Of a DNA stretch of 64,000 nt, positions 55,322 to 64,000 are shown in pieces. The notes beneath the pieces were generated by a model. It had not been told where the DNA came from. It made no database searches and worked only from the letters and a program-made list of their open reading frames with translations. Made by a program: the position numbers and the translations under genes. This DNA comes from Chitinophagaceae bacterium. GTDB lineage: Bacteria; Bacteroidota; Bacteroidia; Chitinophagales; Chitinophagaceae. Positions within the stretch are counted from its first letter, which is position 1; the number at the start of each line of letters is the position of its first letter. Location: assembly GCA_039919885.1 (NCBI GenBank), contig JBDSEV010000022.1:43284-107283 (forward strand). The letters run 5' to 3'.

Positions 55322-55708
55322 TTAATTGTTTTTAAACGGAACCACCATTTCAAAAGAAGGAATGGCCACCTCGAAGATTTTCTTTGTGCTCAGGTTCTCC
55401 ATTTGGTAGGTTCCTGTCATGCGGCCCATTTCTGTACGCAGGTTGCAGCCGCTTACGTACTCATATTTCTCACCTGCATTTAATGTAGGTTGCACACCCA
55501 CTACGCCTTCTCCATCCACTTCCCGGTTTTGACCGTTGCTGTCGAAGATCTGCCAGTGACGGCGGTGCAATTTTACCGGAAAGCTGTTTTTATTTTCTAT
55601 TGAGATGCGGTACGCAAACATAAACTCAGACTGCAATGGGTTGGAGTAGTCTGGCTGGTAGAATGTTTCTACACTTATCTCTATGCCTTCTGATACTTTG
55701 GAGACCAT
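55322..55708 (-). CDS. apaG: ApaG (DUF525) protein
   Basis: Start taken at MVSKVSEGIEISV (55708). ApaG pattern: FAYRISIEN...VKLHRRHWQIFDSNG...VDGEGVVGVQP.L..GE.YEY.S. Confidence 0.85.
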   Translation of the reverse strand: MVSKVSEGIEISVETFYQPDYSNPLQSEFMFAYRISIENKNSFPVKLHRRHWQIFDSNGQNREVDGEGVVGVQPTLNAGEKYEYVSGCNLRTEMGRMTGTYQMENLSTKKIFEVAIPSFEMVVPFKNN

Positions 55709-56179
55709 AGGAATTTTGTTTGCTGCCGAAAGATACAAAAAAAGAGCGAGCTGAGCGCAGGGAAGGCAAAAACATGCTAAGGGTTTGCACGGAGCAACGG
55801 CATAAAAAGTCTTGAAAGGCAAAAACCGCCACCGTGCTATTTTTTCAATCTTGTAATGCGCATATAATTTGTGAAAGTTTGCTTACTGTGGAAGCCTGCG
55901 TCGATCGCCGCCGGCAAAATACCTTGTTTGCGCGCATCGTGCGATGAGGCACGCCGTTTAGAAATCAGGGTGTCGTAGTTTTGTGATTGGGAATTTTATA
56001 CCCGTCCCTGAAGAATGCGCGCGAGTACGCTTATATTTGGAGCGCCTTGCCATTCCCTCAAGTATATTTTTGATAGTCATACGAAATTTGTTTACCGATC
56101 GTTTCAAAACCTGCTGGTTTTCCGGCAAAAATTGCAGGGGCCAGCTTTAAAAATAGCGCAGTTCATCAAAAAATATAAT

Positions 56180-57631
56180 ATGAAAATAGCAGTTGCAAAC
56201 GGAGATGGTATCGGACCGGAAATCATGGCCGCCGTTTTAAAAATATTCAAGGCCAATAATGTTCCGCTTGAGTATGAATTTGTGGACATGGGAAAATGGG
56301 TTTTCGACAAAGGTTTTTCAAACGGCATGACGCCGGAAGCGCAACAGGCGATTGAATCACTGGGCCTCCTCTTTAAAGGGCCAATGGAAACACCCAAGGG
56401 AAAAGGTGTTAAAAGCATTAACGTTACGGCCAGGAAAACATGGAACACGTTCGCCAACAAAAGAGTATTCCAGACATTGCATGGCGTAGATACCGTGTTC
56501 AGTAAAGGCGGCATTCCGATAGACATTACCATCGTTCGCGAAAACATAGAAGATACCTATGGCGGCATTGAACACATGCTTACCCATGATGTGGCATTGA
56601 GCCGGCGGTTTATTACGCGGCCGGGGAGCATGCAGGTAATCCGCTATGCTTTTGAAATGGCGAAACTGAAAAAAGCTACCCGTATCAGTTGCGGTCACAA
56701 AGCCAATATTATGAAGCTGACTGACGGCTTGTTTTTAGAATGTTTTTATGAAGTAGCTAAAGAATACCCCGAACTGAAATCCGATGATATTATTGTGGAT
56801 GACCTGTGTATGAAACTGGTAACACGTCCGGATCTTTTTGATGTGGTAGTGCTGACCAACCTACAGGGCGATATTGTGTCTGATCTCTGCGCAGGACTGG
56901 TGGGTGGCCTTGGTTTTGCACCTTCCGCAAATATTGGCGATCACATTTCCATTTTTGAAGCGGTGCATGGAACAGCGCCGGATATTGCCGGAAAAAATAT
57001 TGCCAATCCCACCGCTTTGCTGCTGAGCGGTATTGCGATGCTGCTGCACGTGGGGTTAACAGAAAATTCCGCGGTGATAGAAAACGCATTGCTGTATACG
57101 TTAGAGAGTGGTATTCATACCGGCGATTTCGGCGACAAATCAACCAAAGCGGTAGACACCACAGCGTTTGCCGACGCCATTATTGCCAACTTTGGAAAAA
57201 AGCCCGCCTTAAATGCAAAACCTGTAATGCCAAATGTGCCAGGCACACCTACGCCTTTCAAACTGGCACAGAATGCAATGATGTATTCGCAGGACAATGG
57301 TGATGAAAGTATTGTTGGCGTGGACTTATTTATTGAAAGTCATGAGCAACCACAGGCCATTGCAGTAAAATGCCAGCGCCATGCGGGTGTTAAATTTAAA
57401 CTGATAAACATCAGCAACCGCGGCACGCAGGTATGGCCTACCGGATCGGTGTATACCAACCTGGTAAACGTGTACAACGTGCGGTTTGAATCGCTTGACG
57501 GTGAACCACTGTACCAGCAGGATATCCTTGGATTGTATGTTAGCATGAGCGGCAATTTTAAAATATGCTCGTCAGAAATTTTAAATATGTGGGGCGATAA
57601 GCGATCCTATAGCGTTGCAGCTGGCCAGTAA
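56180..57631 (+). CDS. icd: Isocitrate dehydrogenase (isocitrate/isopropylmalate dehydrogenase family) with a C-terminal extension of about 135 aa
   Basis: Start taken at MKIAVANGDGIGPEIM (56180). Family motifs: NLQGDIVSDLCAGLVGGLGFAPSANIG and EAVHGTAPDIAGKNIANP. The ORF-track N-terminal extension from 56015 was rejected. Confidence 0.85.
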   Translation: MKIAVANGDGIGPEIMAAVLKIFKANNVPLEYEFVDMGKWVFDKGFSNGMTPEAQQAIESLGLLFKGPMETPKGKGVKSINVTARKTWNTFANKRVFQTLHGVDTVFSKGGIPIDITIVRENIEDTYGGIEHMLTHDVALSRRFITRPGSMQVIRYAFEMAKLKKATRISCGHKANIMKLTDGLFLECFYEVAKEYPELKSDDIIVDDLCMKLVTRPDLFDVVVLTNLQGDIVSDLCAGLVGGLGFAPSANIGDHISIFEAVHGTAPDIAGKNIANPTALLLSGIAMLLHVGLTENSAVIENALLYTLESGIHTGDFGDKSTKAVDTTAFADAIIANFGKKPALNAKPVMPNVPGTPTPFKLAQNAMMYSQDNGDESIVGVDLFIESHEQPQAIAVKCQRHAGVKFKLINISNRGTQVWPTGSVYTNLVNVYNVRFESLDGEPLYQQDILGLYVSMSGNFKICSSEILNMWGDKRSYSVAAGQ

Positions 57632-57688
57632 TACACTGACGAATGGATCATTTTGACAGCAGGAGTTTTTCCACCAGACAGTAGCAAT

Positions 57689-58129
57689 ATGCCTGAAAAA
57701 ATTCACGAATACAGCAATTCATCTATTACCATTATCTGGAAGCCGGAAATTTGCATTCATTCCAAAATATGCTGGCACGGCCTGCGGTCAGTATTTGATC
57801 CGGCCAGAAGACCATGGATACTCCCGGACGCCGCTGATTCGGCCACCATTATGGCACAGATAGACAAGTGCCCGAGCGGTGCATTGAGTTACCTTAAAAA
57901 GGACGTGGCGGACAGACCGGATCCCATTGCCGTTACACCGCCGGAAAACGTCACCAATATTGAATGCCTGCCCGATGGACCTTTGCTGGTGACAGGCGCG
58001 GTGAGGGTGAAAAAAGCTGATGGCACCGAAGAAATAAAAACGGGCGCTGTCGCCTTGTGCCGTTGCGGCGCGTCAAAAAATAAACCATACTGCGATGGTG
58101 GGCACAAAACGATAGGATTTGAAGGATAA
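57689..58129 (+). CDS. Fusion of a divergent 4Fe-4S mono-cluster domain with a CDGSH iron-sulfur domain
   Basis: Start taken at MPEKIHEY (57689). The N-terminal half reads ITIIWKPEICIHSKICWHGL...KCPSGALSY. The C-terminal CDGSH motif is CRCGASKNKPYCDGGHK. Confidence 0.8.
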   Translation: MPEKIHEYSNSSITIIWKPEICIHSKICWHGLRSVFDPARRPWILPDAADSATIMAQIDKCPSGALSYLKKDVADRPDPIAVTPPENVTNIECLPDGPLLVTGAVRVKKADGTEEIKTGAVALCRCGASKNKPYCDGGHKTIGFEG

Positions 58130-58138
58130 CAAATACAA

Positions 58139-58339
58139 TCAGCTTGCTGTTTCCACCATAAAAAACATATAAACAACCCCCAACAACAACAAGACAAAAA
58201 GAGCGGCGTAATGAATGCGGAGAAAAGATTTTTCTTTTTGTTCCTGTTCTTTCATTCTTGCCCGGCCATAAAGGATAAACGTAATTATAGCAACTACCAG
58301 GGTAATAGCGGCGACGATTGCAAACAATGAAACAAGCAA
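58139..58339 (-). CDS. Possible small two-TM membrane protein (uncertain)
   Basis: The 92-aa ORF (58139-58417) overlaps the end of the SUI1-like gene. A TTG at 58339 lies one nt after that gene's stop codon and would give about 66 aa with two clear hydrophobic helices (LLVSLFAIVAAITLVVAIITFILY and YAALFVLLLLGVVYMFFMV). There is no homology evidence. Confidence 0.3.
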   Translation of the reverse strand: MLVSLFAIVAAITLVVAIITFILYGRARMKEQEQKEKSFLRIHYAALFVLLLLGVVYMFFMVETAS

Positions 58340-58340
58340 A

Positions 58341-58700
58341 TCAGATTTTTTTGGATAATGTATACCCGGTTTTAATGAGCCATTGCAATACTTTATCGCG
58401 TTGGTCACCCTGCACAATTATTTCACCGTCCTTTACCGCACCACCACTCCCGCAATAATTTTTCAACTGTTTGCCCAGGCTTTCTAAGTTTTCCTCCGTA
58501 CCGGAAAATCCGGTAACCAGTGTAACGGCCTTGCCTGCCCGACGTTTGGTATCCAGCCGTATGCGCAACCGTTGCTGTTTGGGCAACAAGGTTTCTGCAG
58601 GTTCATGTTTGTCTTCCTCAAAAGAGAAATTTGGATCAGTACTGAATACAAAGCCCCGTGCATCGGGCTTATTCTTTTTTGACATAAGCTGTTTTTTCAA
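58341..58700 (-). CDS. SUI1/YciH-family translation initiation factor
   Basis: 119-aa ORF with the SUI1 core RAGKAVTLVTGFSG..ENLESLGKQLKNYCGSGGAVKDGEIIVQGDQRDKV. Confidence 0.85.
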   Translation of the reverse strand: MKKQLMSKKNKPDARGFVFSTDPNFSFEEDKHEPAETLLPKQQRLRIRLDTKRRAGKAVTLVTGFSGTEENLESLGKQLKNYCGSGGAVKDGEIIVQGDQRDKVLQWLIKTGYTLSKKI

Positions 58701-58709
58701 AAAAAATGA

Positions 58710-59567
58710 TTACCCGGCAATGACTGCTTTCAAACTTAGATCCAGGCTCTTTGCCTGGTGAATCAGCGCGCCGGCGCTTATAAAATCAACCCCTGTTGCC
58801 GCGTACGCTTCAATATTATCAAGATTAATACCGCCGCTGGCTTCTGTTTCAAATCTGCCGTCGATGAGTTCTACTGCGGCGGCCACCATTTCCGGGGTAT
58901 AATTATCCAGCATTACCCGGTTCACTTTGCCCACTGCCAGCACTTTTTTCACATCGTCCAGGCTCCTGGTTTCCACTTCAATTTTAAGACCCGGTTTAAC
59001 TGTTTCCACGTATTGCCATGCCCGTTCTATGGCCTGCTGCAGTCCGCCGCAGTAGTCAATATGGTTATCCTTCAGCATAATCATATCATACAAACCCATG
59101 CGGTGGTTTGCGCCGCCACCGATGCGTACGGCTTCTTTTTCAAGCAGGCGGAAATTCGGGGTTGTTTTACGGGTATCCAGCAATTTCGTGGTATACCCTT
59201 TTAACTTATCGGAATACTGGCGGGTTAGTGTAGCAATACCGCTCATACGCTGCATGCAGTTTAAGATCAGTCGCTCACATTGTAAAATAACATGCACCAG
59301 CGTTTCGGCCTCAAATGCCGTCTCACCGGGCTGCATGCCGTCACCATCTTTTTTATGGGCCGTAAAGCTGACAGCGGGGGCAGCATACTGAAATATCTTT
59401 TCTGCAACCGACATCCCCGCAAGGACACCGGCCTGCTTTATTTTTAACACCGCTTTACCCCTGGCGCCGGCGGGTATGCAACAAAGCGTGGAGTGATCAC
59501 CGTCGCCAACATCTTCCTTCAATGCCGCGGCTATTAATTGGGCCAGCTGTTCGTTAAATGTGACCAT
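58710..59567 (-). CDS. nadC: Nicotinate-nucleotide diphosphorylase (carboxylating) / quinolinate phosphoribosyltransferase
   Basis: 285-aa ORF with LLDTRKTTPNFRLLEKEAVRIGGGANHRMGLYDMIMLKDNH and SGGINLDNI. Confidence 0.92.
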   Translation of the reverse strand: MVTFNEQLAQLIAAALKEDVGDGDHSTLCCIPAGARGKAVLKIKQAGVLAGMSVAEKIFQYAAPAVSFTAHKKDGDGMQPGETAFEAETLVHVILQCERLILNCMQRMSGIATLTRQYSDKLKGYTTKLLDTRKTTPNFRLLEKEAVRIGGGANHRMGLYDMIMLKDNHIDYCGGLQQAIERAWQYVETVKPGLKIEVETRSLDDVKKVLAVGKVNRVMLDNYTPEMVAAAVELIDGRFETEASGGINLDNIEAYAATGVDFISAGALIHQAKSLDLSLKAVIAG

Positions 59568-59685
59568 ACAACAAAGATAAAGGCTAAAGCTGAAAGCGTG
59601 GCGTGCGCCGGATTATGCTGCGTATCCGGCAAAAAAAAGCCTGCAATTGTATTGCAAGCCTTTAGGTCTTTCAGGGGTAATATTA

Positions 59686-60090
59686 TTACTCAACGGTTTG
59701 GAAAGCGATCTCCTGCAAGACCTGTTTGCTGTCCTTTTGTTTCATAAATAATTTGGTACGGTAATCGCCGTTTTTCGTTTTCAATGTGCCGATGCAATAT
59801 TTGGAACCGTTGTTTTCGCCTTTGTATTTAATTTCAAAACTGCGTACATTATTGTAGCTGAAGAAATCCCGGATGATCATCTCGGCCTGTGCCCGGCTGT
59901 AGTTGTCACTTTTGTCCGGAAGGGTGATGTCTACACGGCTATCAAAATAACGCGATAACTGGGTAGCATTTCCTGCTTTTATAGCGCCTACAATATCTTC
60001 AATTTCCATTCCGGTGACATAGGCAGGGCGGGAAAAAGAAGGTAGCAAAAAAAGGCATGACAGCACGGCAAGCCACAGGTAGTTTTTCAT
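59686..60090 (-). CDS. DUF4783-like small secreted protein
   Basis: 134-aa ORF with a signal peptide and the pattern DITLPDKSDNYSRAQAEMIIRDFF...YKGENNGSKYCIGTL.T.NG.YR typical of that family. Confidence 0.7.
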   Translation of the reverse strand: MKNYLWLAVLSCLFLLPSFSRPAYVTGMEIEDIVGAIKAGNATQLSRYFDSRVDITLPDKSDNYSRAQAEMIIRDFFSYNNVRSFEIKYKGENNGSKYCIGTLKTKNGDYRTKLFMKQKDSKQVLQEIAFQTVE

Positions 60091-60273
60091 AAATCTTTCC
60101 TTTAGTTCTTCAAGTAATGGATGGAAGTATTAGTCTTCAAAAGGGGTGGATTGCAAGGTTCTATACAATCACTAAAAATATGCCAACTTGATTTATGTGT
60201 AAAAAAAACGCTTATTCCATTTGATTTTTACGACTGCCCGGATGATTACCGTGGAATTCGGTAATTTTAAAGC

Positions 60274-61797
60274 ATGGAAAAGAAGAAAATTATCTTGATT
60301 ATAATGGATGGATGGGGCCTTGGACAAAATAAATCGGCCGATGCTATCCAAAACGCAAATGTGCCTTTTGTAAGTAGTTTATATAATAAATATCCGCATA
60401 CTACCCTGGTTACCTGTGGTGAAGCGGTTGGCCTGCCAGACGGGCAAATGGGAAACAGCGAAGTAGGTCACCTTAACCTGGGTGCCGGTCGTGTTGTTTA
60501 CCAGGAACTACAACGGATCAATGTGGCCGTGCGCGACGGCTCTTTTGCAAAAAACGAAGTATTGCTGCAAAGCATCCGGCGGGCAAAAGAAAGCAATAAA
60601 CCCTTGCACCTGCTGGGTTTGGTGAGCGATGGGGGCGTACATTCTCATATTAAACACCTGATGGCGCTGACCGATCTTTGTAAAAACGAGGGCCTGACAA
60701 ATGTATTCATTCATGCCTTTACCGACGGGAGGGATACAGATCCTAAAAGCGGCCTCGGATTTATTACTGCACTGCAGGATCACCTGCAGGTTTCTGTTGG
60801 AAAGATTGCCAGCGTAAGCGGACGCTATTATGCCATGGACCGTGATAAACGCTGGGAAAGAGTTAAGCTGGCTTACGATGCCATGGTAAACGGCATTGGC
60901 GATACGTCCGGCAACGCCATAGCAGCTGTTCAACATTCATATAACAACAATATCACCGACGAATTTATTAAACCAACAATAATTGTACATCCGGATGGAA
61001 CACCGGTGGCGACTATCCAAAACGGCGATGTTGCTATCTGTTTCAACTTCCGTACAGACCGCTGCCGGGAAATAACAGAAGTGCTAACCCAACAGGATTT
61101 CCCTGAAAGTGGTATGCATAAACTGCAGCTGGATTATACGACCATGACCCGTTATGATCATTCGTTCCAAAATGTGCATGTGGTGTTTGAACACGACGAT
61201 TTGAAGAATACATTGGGTGATGTGGTAGCTCAAAATGGTTTACAACAAATACGTATTGCCGAGACTGAAAAATACCCGCATGTAACCTTCTTTTTCAGTG
61301 GTGGCCGCGAAAAGGCGTTTGAAGGTGAGAAAAGGATTATGGCGCCTTCGCCGAAAGTAGCTACTTATGATCTGCAACCAGAAATGAGCGCTTACGAACT
61401 AACCGCGTCCATCATTCCGGAAATTGAAAGTAAGGCCGCTTCTTTTATCTGTCTCAATTACGCCAATACAGACATGGTTGGTCATACCGGAATTTTCAGC
61501 GCTGCTATTAAGGCGGCAGAAACGGTGGATGCCTGCGTGGAGAAAGTGGTTACCGCGGCACTTGCCAACGACTATACGGTTTTTCTTACGGCAGATCATG
61601 GCAATGCAGATTATATGGTAAACGAAGACGGAACGCCCAATACAGCCCATACACTCAACCTGGTACCATTTTTTATCATCGACAAAGAATGGAAAGGCCC
61701 GATTAAACCAGGCAAACTGGGGGATCTTGCACCTACTATTTTAACGATGATGCAGCTACCCATCCCAAAAGAAATGACCGGTAATATTTTGATTTAA
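60274..61797 (+). CDS. gpmI: 2,3-bisphosphoglycerate-independent phosphoglycerate mutase
   Basis: 507-aa ORF with ILIIMDGWGL, GNSEVGHLNLGAGR, GGVHSH, FTDGRDT and TADHGNA. Confidence 0.95.
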   Translation: MEKKKIILIIMDGWGLGQNKSADAIQNANVPFVSSLYNKYPHTTLVTCGEAVGLPDGQMGNSEVGHLNLGAGRVVYQELQRINVAVRDGSFAKNEVLLQSIRRAKESNKPLHLLGLVSDGGVHSHIKHLMALTDLCKNEGLTNVFIHAFTDGRDTDPKSGLGFITALQDHLQVSVGKIASVSGRYYAMDRDKRWERVKLAYDAMVNGIGDTSGNAIAAVQHSYNNNITDEFIKPTIIVHPDGTPVATIQNGDVAICFNFRTDRCREITEVLTQQDFPESGMHKLQLDYTTMTRYDHSFQNVHVVFEHDDLKNTLGDVVAQNGLQQIRIAETEKYPHVTFFFSGGREKAFEGEKRIMAPSPKVATYDLQPEMSAYELTASIIPEIESKAASFICLNYANTDMVGHTGIFSAAIKAAETVDACVEKVVTAALANDYTVFLTADHGNADYMVNEDGTPNTAHTLNLVPFFIIDKEWKGPIKPGKLGDLAPTILTMMQLPIPKEMTGNILI

Positions 61798-61875
61798 TAC
61801 AACCGGTGCCGGCACCGACGGAATTTTATTTAAATACGCTTACAGCGAGCGGAAACACCCAATCATTTACTACCT

Positions 61876-62361
61876 ATGATAAAAAAAATACTGGTTATAC
61901 TTTTAATTGCACTGGTACTGATACAATTTTTTCATCCGAAAAAAAACGCCGGAACTGTGGCAGCAAACCAGTCGATTGCTGCGGTATACAGTGTTCCCGA
62001 AAATGTAAAAGAGATATTGGCGGTCAGTTGTAACGACTGCCATTCCAACAACACATTGTATCCATGGTATGCTAAAATACAACCGGTAGACTGGTGGTTA
62101 AATAATCATGTGACGGAGGGGAAATCAGAATTAAATTTTGATGTATTTGCGACCTACAGCCTGCGGAGGCAGTACCACAAGATGCAAGAAATAATAGAAG
62201 AGGTGAGAGAAAATAAAATGCCACTGGATAATTATACGTGGATCCACAAAAAGGCGGTACTGACGTCCGCCGAGAAAGAGGCGTTAGTAGCCTGGGCCGG
62301 CGCCATCAGAACAACAATGCAACAGCTGTATCCCGCAGATAGCCTGGCGAGAAAAAAATAA
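61876..62361 (+). CDS. Haem-binding domain-containing protein
   Basis: 161-aa ORF with an N-terminal TM helix and CNDCHSNNTLYPWYAKIQPVDWWLNNHV..GK.ELNF, characteristic of the haem-binding-domain family. Confidence 0.75.
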   Translation: MIKKILVILLIALVLIQFFHPKKNAGTVAANQSIAAVYSVPENVKEILAVSCNDCHSNNTLYPWYAKIQPVDWWLNNHVTEGKSELNFDVFATYSLRRQYHKMQEIIEEVRENKMPLDNYTWIHKKAVLTSAEKEALVAWAGAIRTTMQQLYPADSLARKK

Positions 62362-62399
62362 ACTGCGCTTGTTGAAGGCCTTGCGCACGAACCGGCTTT

Positions 62400-62429
62400 C
62401 TGGAAGGTGCTGGCGCCTTCCAGCTTTTG
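62400..62429 (+). terminator. Hairpin terminator after the haem-binding protein gene
   Basis: The sequence is ctggaagg-tgctggcg-ccttccag: an 8-bp stem followed by cttttg, a short T-run. Confidence 0.5.
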
Positions 62430-62663
62430 AAACTATTCCAGTACAGGTAAGAATTTATTTTTTTAGGTCGACTTTCTTGAAACCATCTAAGTTTTAACGG
62501 TTTTGTTAAATTTCATGCACGCTTCTGCCTAAAAATCATACAATTGTTAATATAACAAGAATCCGCGTCGATTTTTTCAAATTTGCGCACACTTTATTTA
62601 TACTCGCCAAGCAGCAACCCGTATTAAAAATTGTCTTAAATTACGGGTTACCAAACGTCCAAA

Positions 62664-63242
62664 ATGACAGAGGAATCCATTTTAAAAGGTTGTTTAAGAA
62701 ATGAGCCTGTAGCACAAAAGGAATTGTACAACCGGTACACACCTAAAATGCTGGCAGTTTGTTACAGATTTGCGCACAACAGGGAAGATGCGGAAGACAT
62801 GTTGCAGGAAGGATTTATCAAGGTGTTTTCGCAAATACACACGTTCCGCAACCAGGGTGCCTTCGAGGGTTGGGTGCGGCGCATAATTGTACATACTTGT
62901 ATCAACAACCTGAAAAAGAATAAGAAGTTCAATGAAAGCGTAGATATCATACACGCAACGTCATTGCAGGTAAGGGAGGAAAGTGTTCCTTCTATTGTGC
63001 AGGCCAAGCAGGTAGTGGAGTGTATACGCATACTGCCAATCGGTTACAGAACTGTCTTAAACTTGTATGCTATCGAAGGCTATTCGCACCGGGAAATAGG
63101 AAATATGCTGGACATTGAAGAAAGTACCAGCAGGTCTCAGTATACCCGTGCAAAACAAATGCTGGAGGATATTTTAATTAAGAAGAAAATACTGCAGCAG
63201 CAGCCTGCAAAGAAAATGAACGTTTTATCTTTTGGAAGATAA
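62664..63242 (+). CDS. ECF-type RNA polymerase sigma-70 factor
   Basis: 192-aa ORF. Region 2 reads LYNRYTPKMLAVCYRFAHNREDAEDMLQEGFIKVF. Region 4 reads VLNLYAIEGYSHREIGNMLDIEESTSRSQYTRAK. Confidence 0.9.
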   Translation: MTEESILKGCLRNEPVAQKELYNRYTPKMLAVCYRFAHNREDAEDMLQEGFIKVFSQIHTFRNQGAFEGWVRRIIVHTCINNLKKNKKFNESVDIIHATSLQVREESVPSIVQAKQVVECIRILPIGYRTVLNLYAIEGYSHREIGNMLDIEESTSRSQYTRAKQMLEDILIKKKILQQQPAKKMNVLSFGR

Positions 63243-63315
63243 ATGACGACCGGGAAATGAATATGTTTAGCTGTTTTACCAAACTAACATCCGTACACAA
63301 AACACCCTTGCTTAC

Positions 63316-64000
63316 ATGGACCGCAATAATTACGATAATGATTTTGAAGAATTTCTAAAACAGAAATCGGATCAATATAAAATGTACCCGTCTGACAGGG
63401 TCTGGAACAATATTTACAGTTCCTTTCATGGCAGAAAGAAATGGTGGGCACTGGGTTTTACCTTATTTTTTATTGGTTCGGCGTTCTTCATTGGCAGGCA
63501 GGTATTGTTTGCTGAATACAACGAGATGGCAACAGGGGTGAATCAAAGTGCACAAGCCGTTGCCGCATCATCCCCTGTACAGGTTTATAAAACAGCACCG
63601 GGCATTTCCACTATCTCACCCGGATTGCCAGCTACCACTACAGCAATACGCACAATCGAAACAATAAAAAGAATTCCACAAGCTGCTTCAAACCCTGGTC
63701 TGTCAACAGCACCCGTAATCATATCAGAACAAGACAGTCGTGGAACAACGGTCATCACAGCTGAATCAACAGGTATTATTGAAAATATGCCACCGGCAGC
63801 AAGTATTGCTGCTTCAAAGGGTGCTTCGCAAAGTGAATCGCCTGCATTGTTACCTTCCGCTTCGGCTACAAAAGAAAGCAACGCTGTAAAAGCAATTGCC
63901 CAGCCAAAAGCTGCTGAAAAAATTAACCAGGTAGAACAGGCTGCTGCCAAAAAAATTGTTAGCTATTCCAGGTGGTCAATGCAGGTTTATGCAAGTCCCA
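63316..64000 (+). CDS. Putative membrane-anchored anti-sigma or sigma-associated protein, 5' partial (runs off the window end)
   Basis: My own translation from the ATG at 63316 gives MDRNNYDNDFEEFLKQKSDQYKMYPSDRVWNNIYSSFHGRKKWWALGFTLFFIGSAFFIG... followed by a long low-complexity Ala/Ser/Thr/Pro region. The frame stays open to position 64000. The position just downstream of an ECF sigma gene and the single TM helix fit an anti-sigma role. It is missing from the ORF track because it has no stop in the window. Confidence 0.65.
   Translation, partial: MDRNNYDNDFEEFLKQKSDQYKMYPSDRVWNNIYSSFHGRKKWWALGFTLFFIGSAFFIGRQVLFAEYNEMATGVNQSAQAVAASSPVQVYKTAPGISTISPGLPATTTAIRTIETIKRIPQAASNPGLSTAPVIISEQDSRGTTVITAESTGIIENMPPAASIAASKGASQSESPALLPSASATKESNAVKAIAQPKAAEKINQVEQAAAKKIVSYSRWSMQVYASP

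Noticed and set aside
63585-63950. 121-aa minus-strand ORF
   Set aside because: It is antisense to the open plus-strand frame that starts at 63316 next to the ECF sigma gene, and it is a shadow of an Ala/Ser-rich coding region.
1-64000. Mobile elements, prophage or known defence systems
   Set aside because: Reading all the ORF translations, I found no transposase, integrase, phage structural gene, restriction-modification system, toxin-antitoxin pair, or nuclease/ATPase defence-like gene.

Overview
This window looks like chromosomal DNA from a Bacteroidota genome. The evidence is gldF/gldG gliding genes, many T9SS C-terminal sorting domains, a fused murF-alr gene and TAnnTTTG-type promoter boxes; a Chitinophagia-like origin is inference only. 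I support about 40 protein genes. I saw no rRNA, intact tRNA, CRISPR array, transposase, integrase, phage gene or recognisable defence gene. Layout: (i) 1-10.3 kb holds mixed genes: a lactonase fragment, di-haem cytochrome c peroxidase, a large T9SS surface protein, purC, and a TonB-dependent receptor with a fasciclin lipoprotein. (ii) 10.3-10.9 kb is a GC-rich convergent intergenic region with four degenerate repeats that resemble the 3' half of a tRNA. (iii) 10.9-24.0 kb is one co-directional minus-strand block. It contains GH30, a GH29 fucosidase with a PA14 domain, an unassigned 729-aa protein, a DUF1549/DUF1553 protein with a planctomycete-type cytochrome c domain, a Tat-exported DUF1501 protein, a Tat-exported TIM-barrel isomerase-like protein, and a membrane cytochrome c/LRR protein. 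(iv) 24.2-25.6 kb is fumC. (v) 25.7-41.9 kb is an accessory surface-protein region. It holds a sorbosone-dehydrogenase-like T9SS protein and a tandem array of four giant paralogous T9SS cargo genes. These four share an unassigned Cys-containing core module, carry different numbers of a PPC-like repeat (2, 6, 0, 0 copies), and have conserved upstream control blocks. (vi) 42-64 kb is mostly housekeeping: lspA, murF-alr, terC-family, gldG, gldF, mfd, apaG, icd, nadC, gpmI and an ECF sigma factor with a putative anti-sigma partner. The best candidates for undescribed biology are the four-gene paralog array and its core module, followed by the DUF1553/DUF1501/TIM-barrel/cytochrome-LRR block. All family names come from motif recognition by eye; no database search was run.
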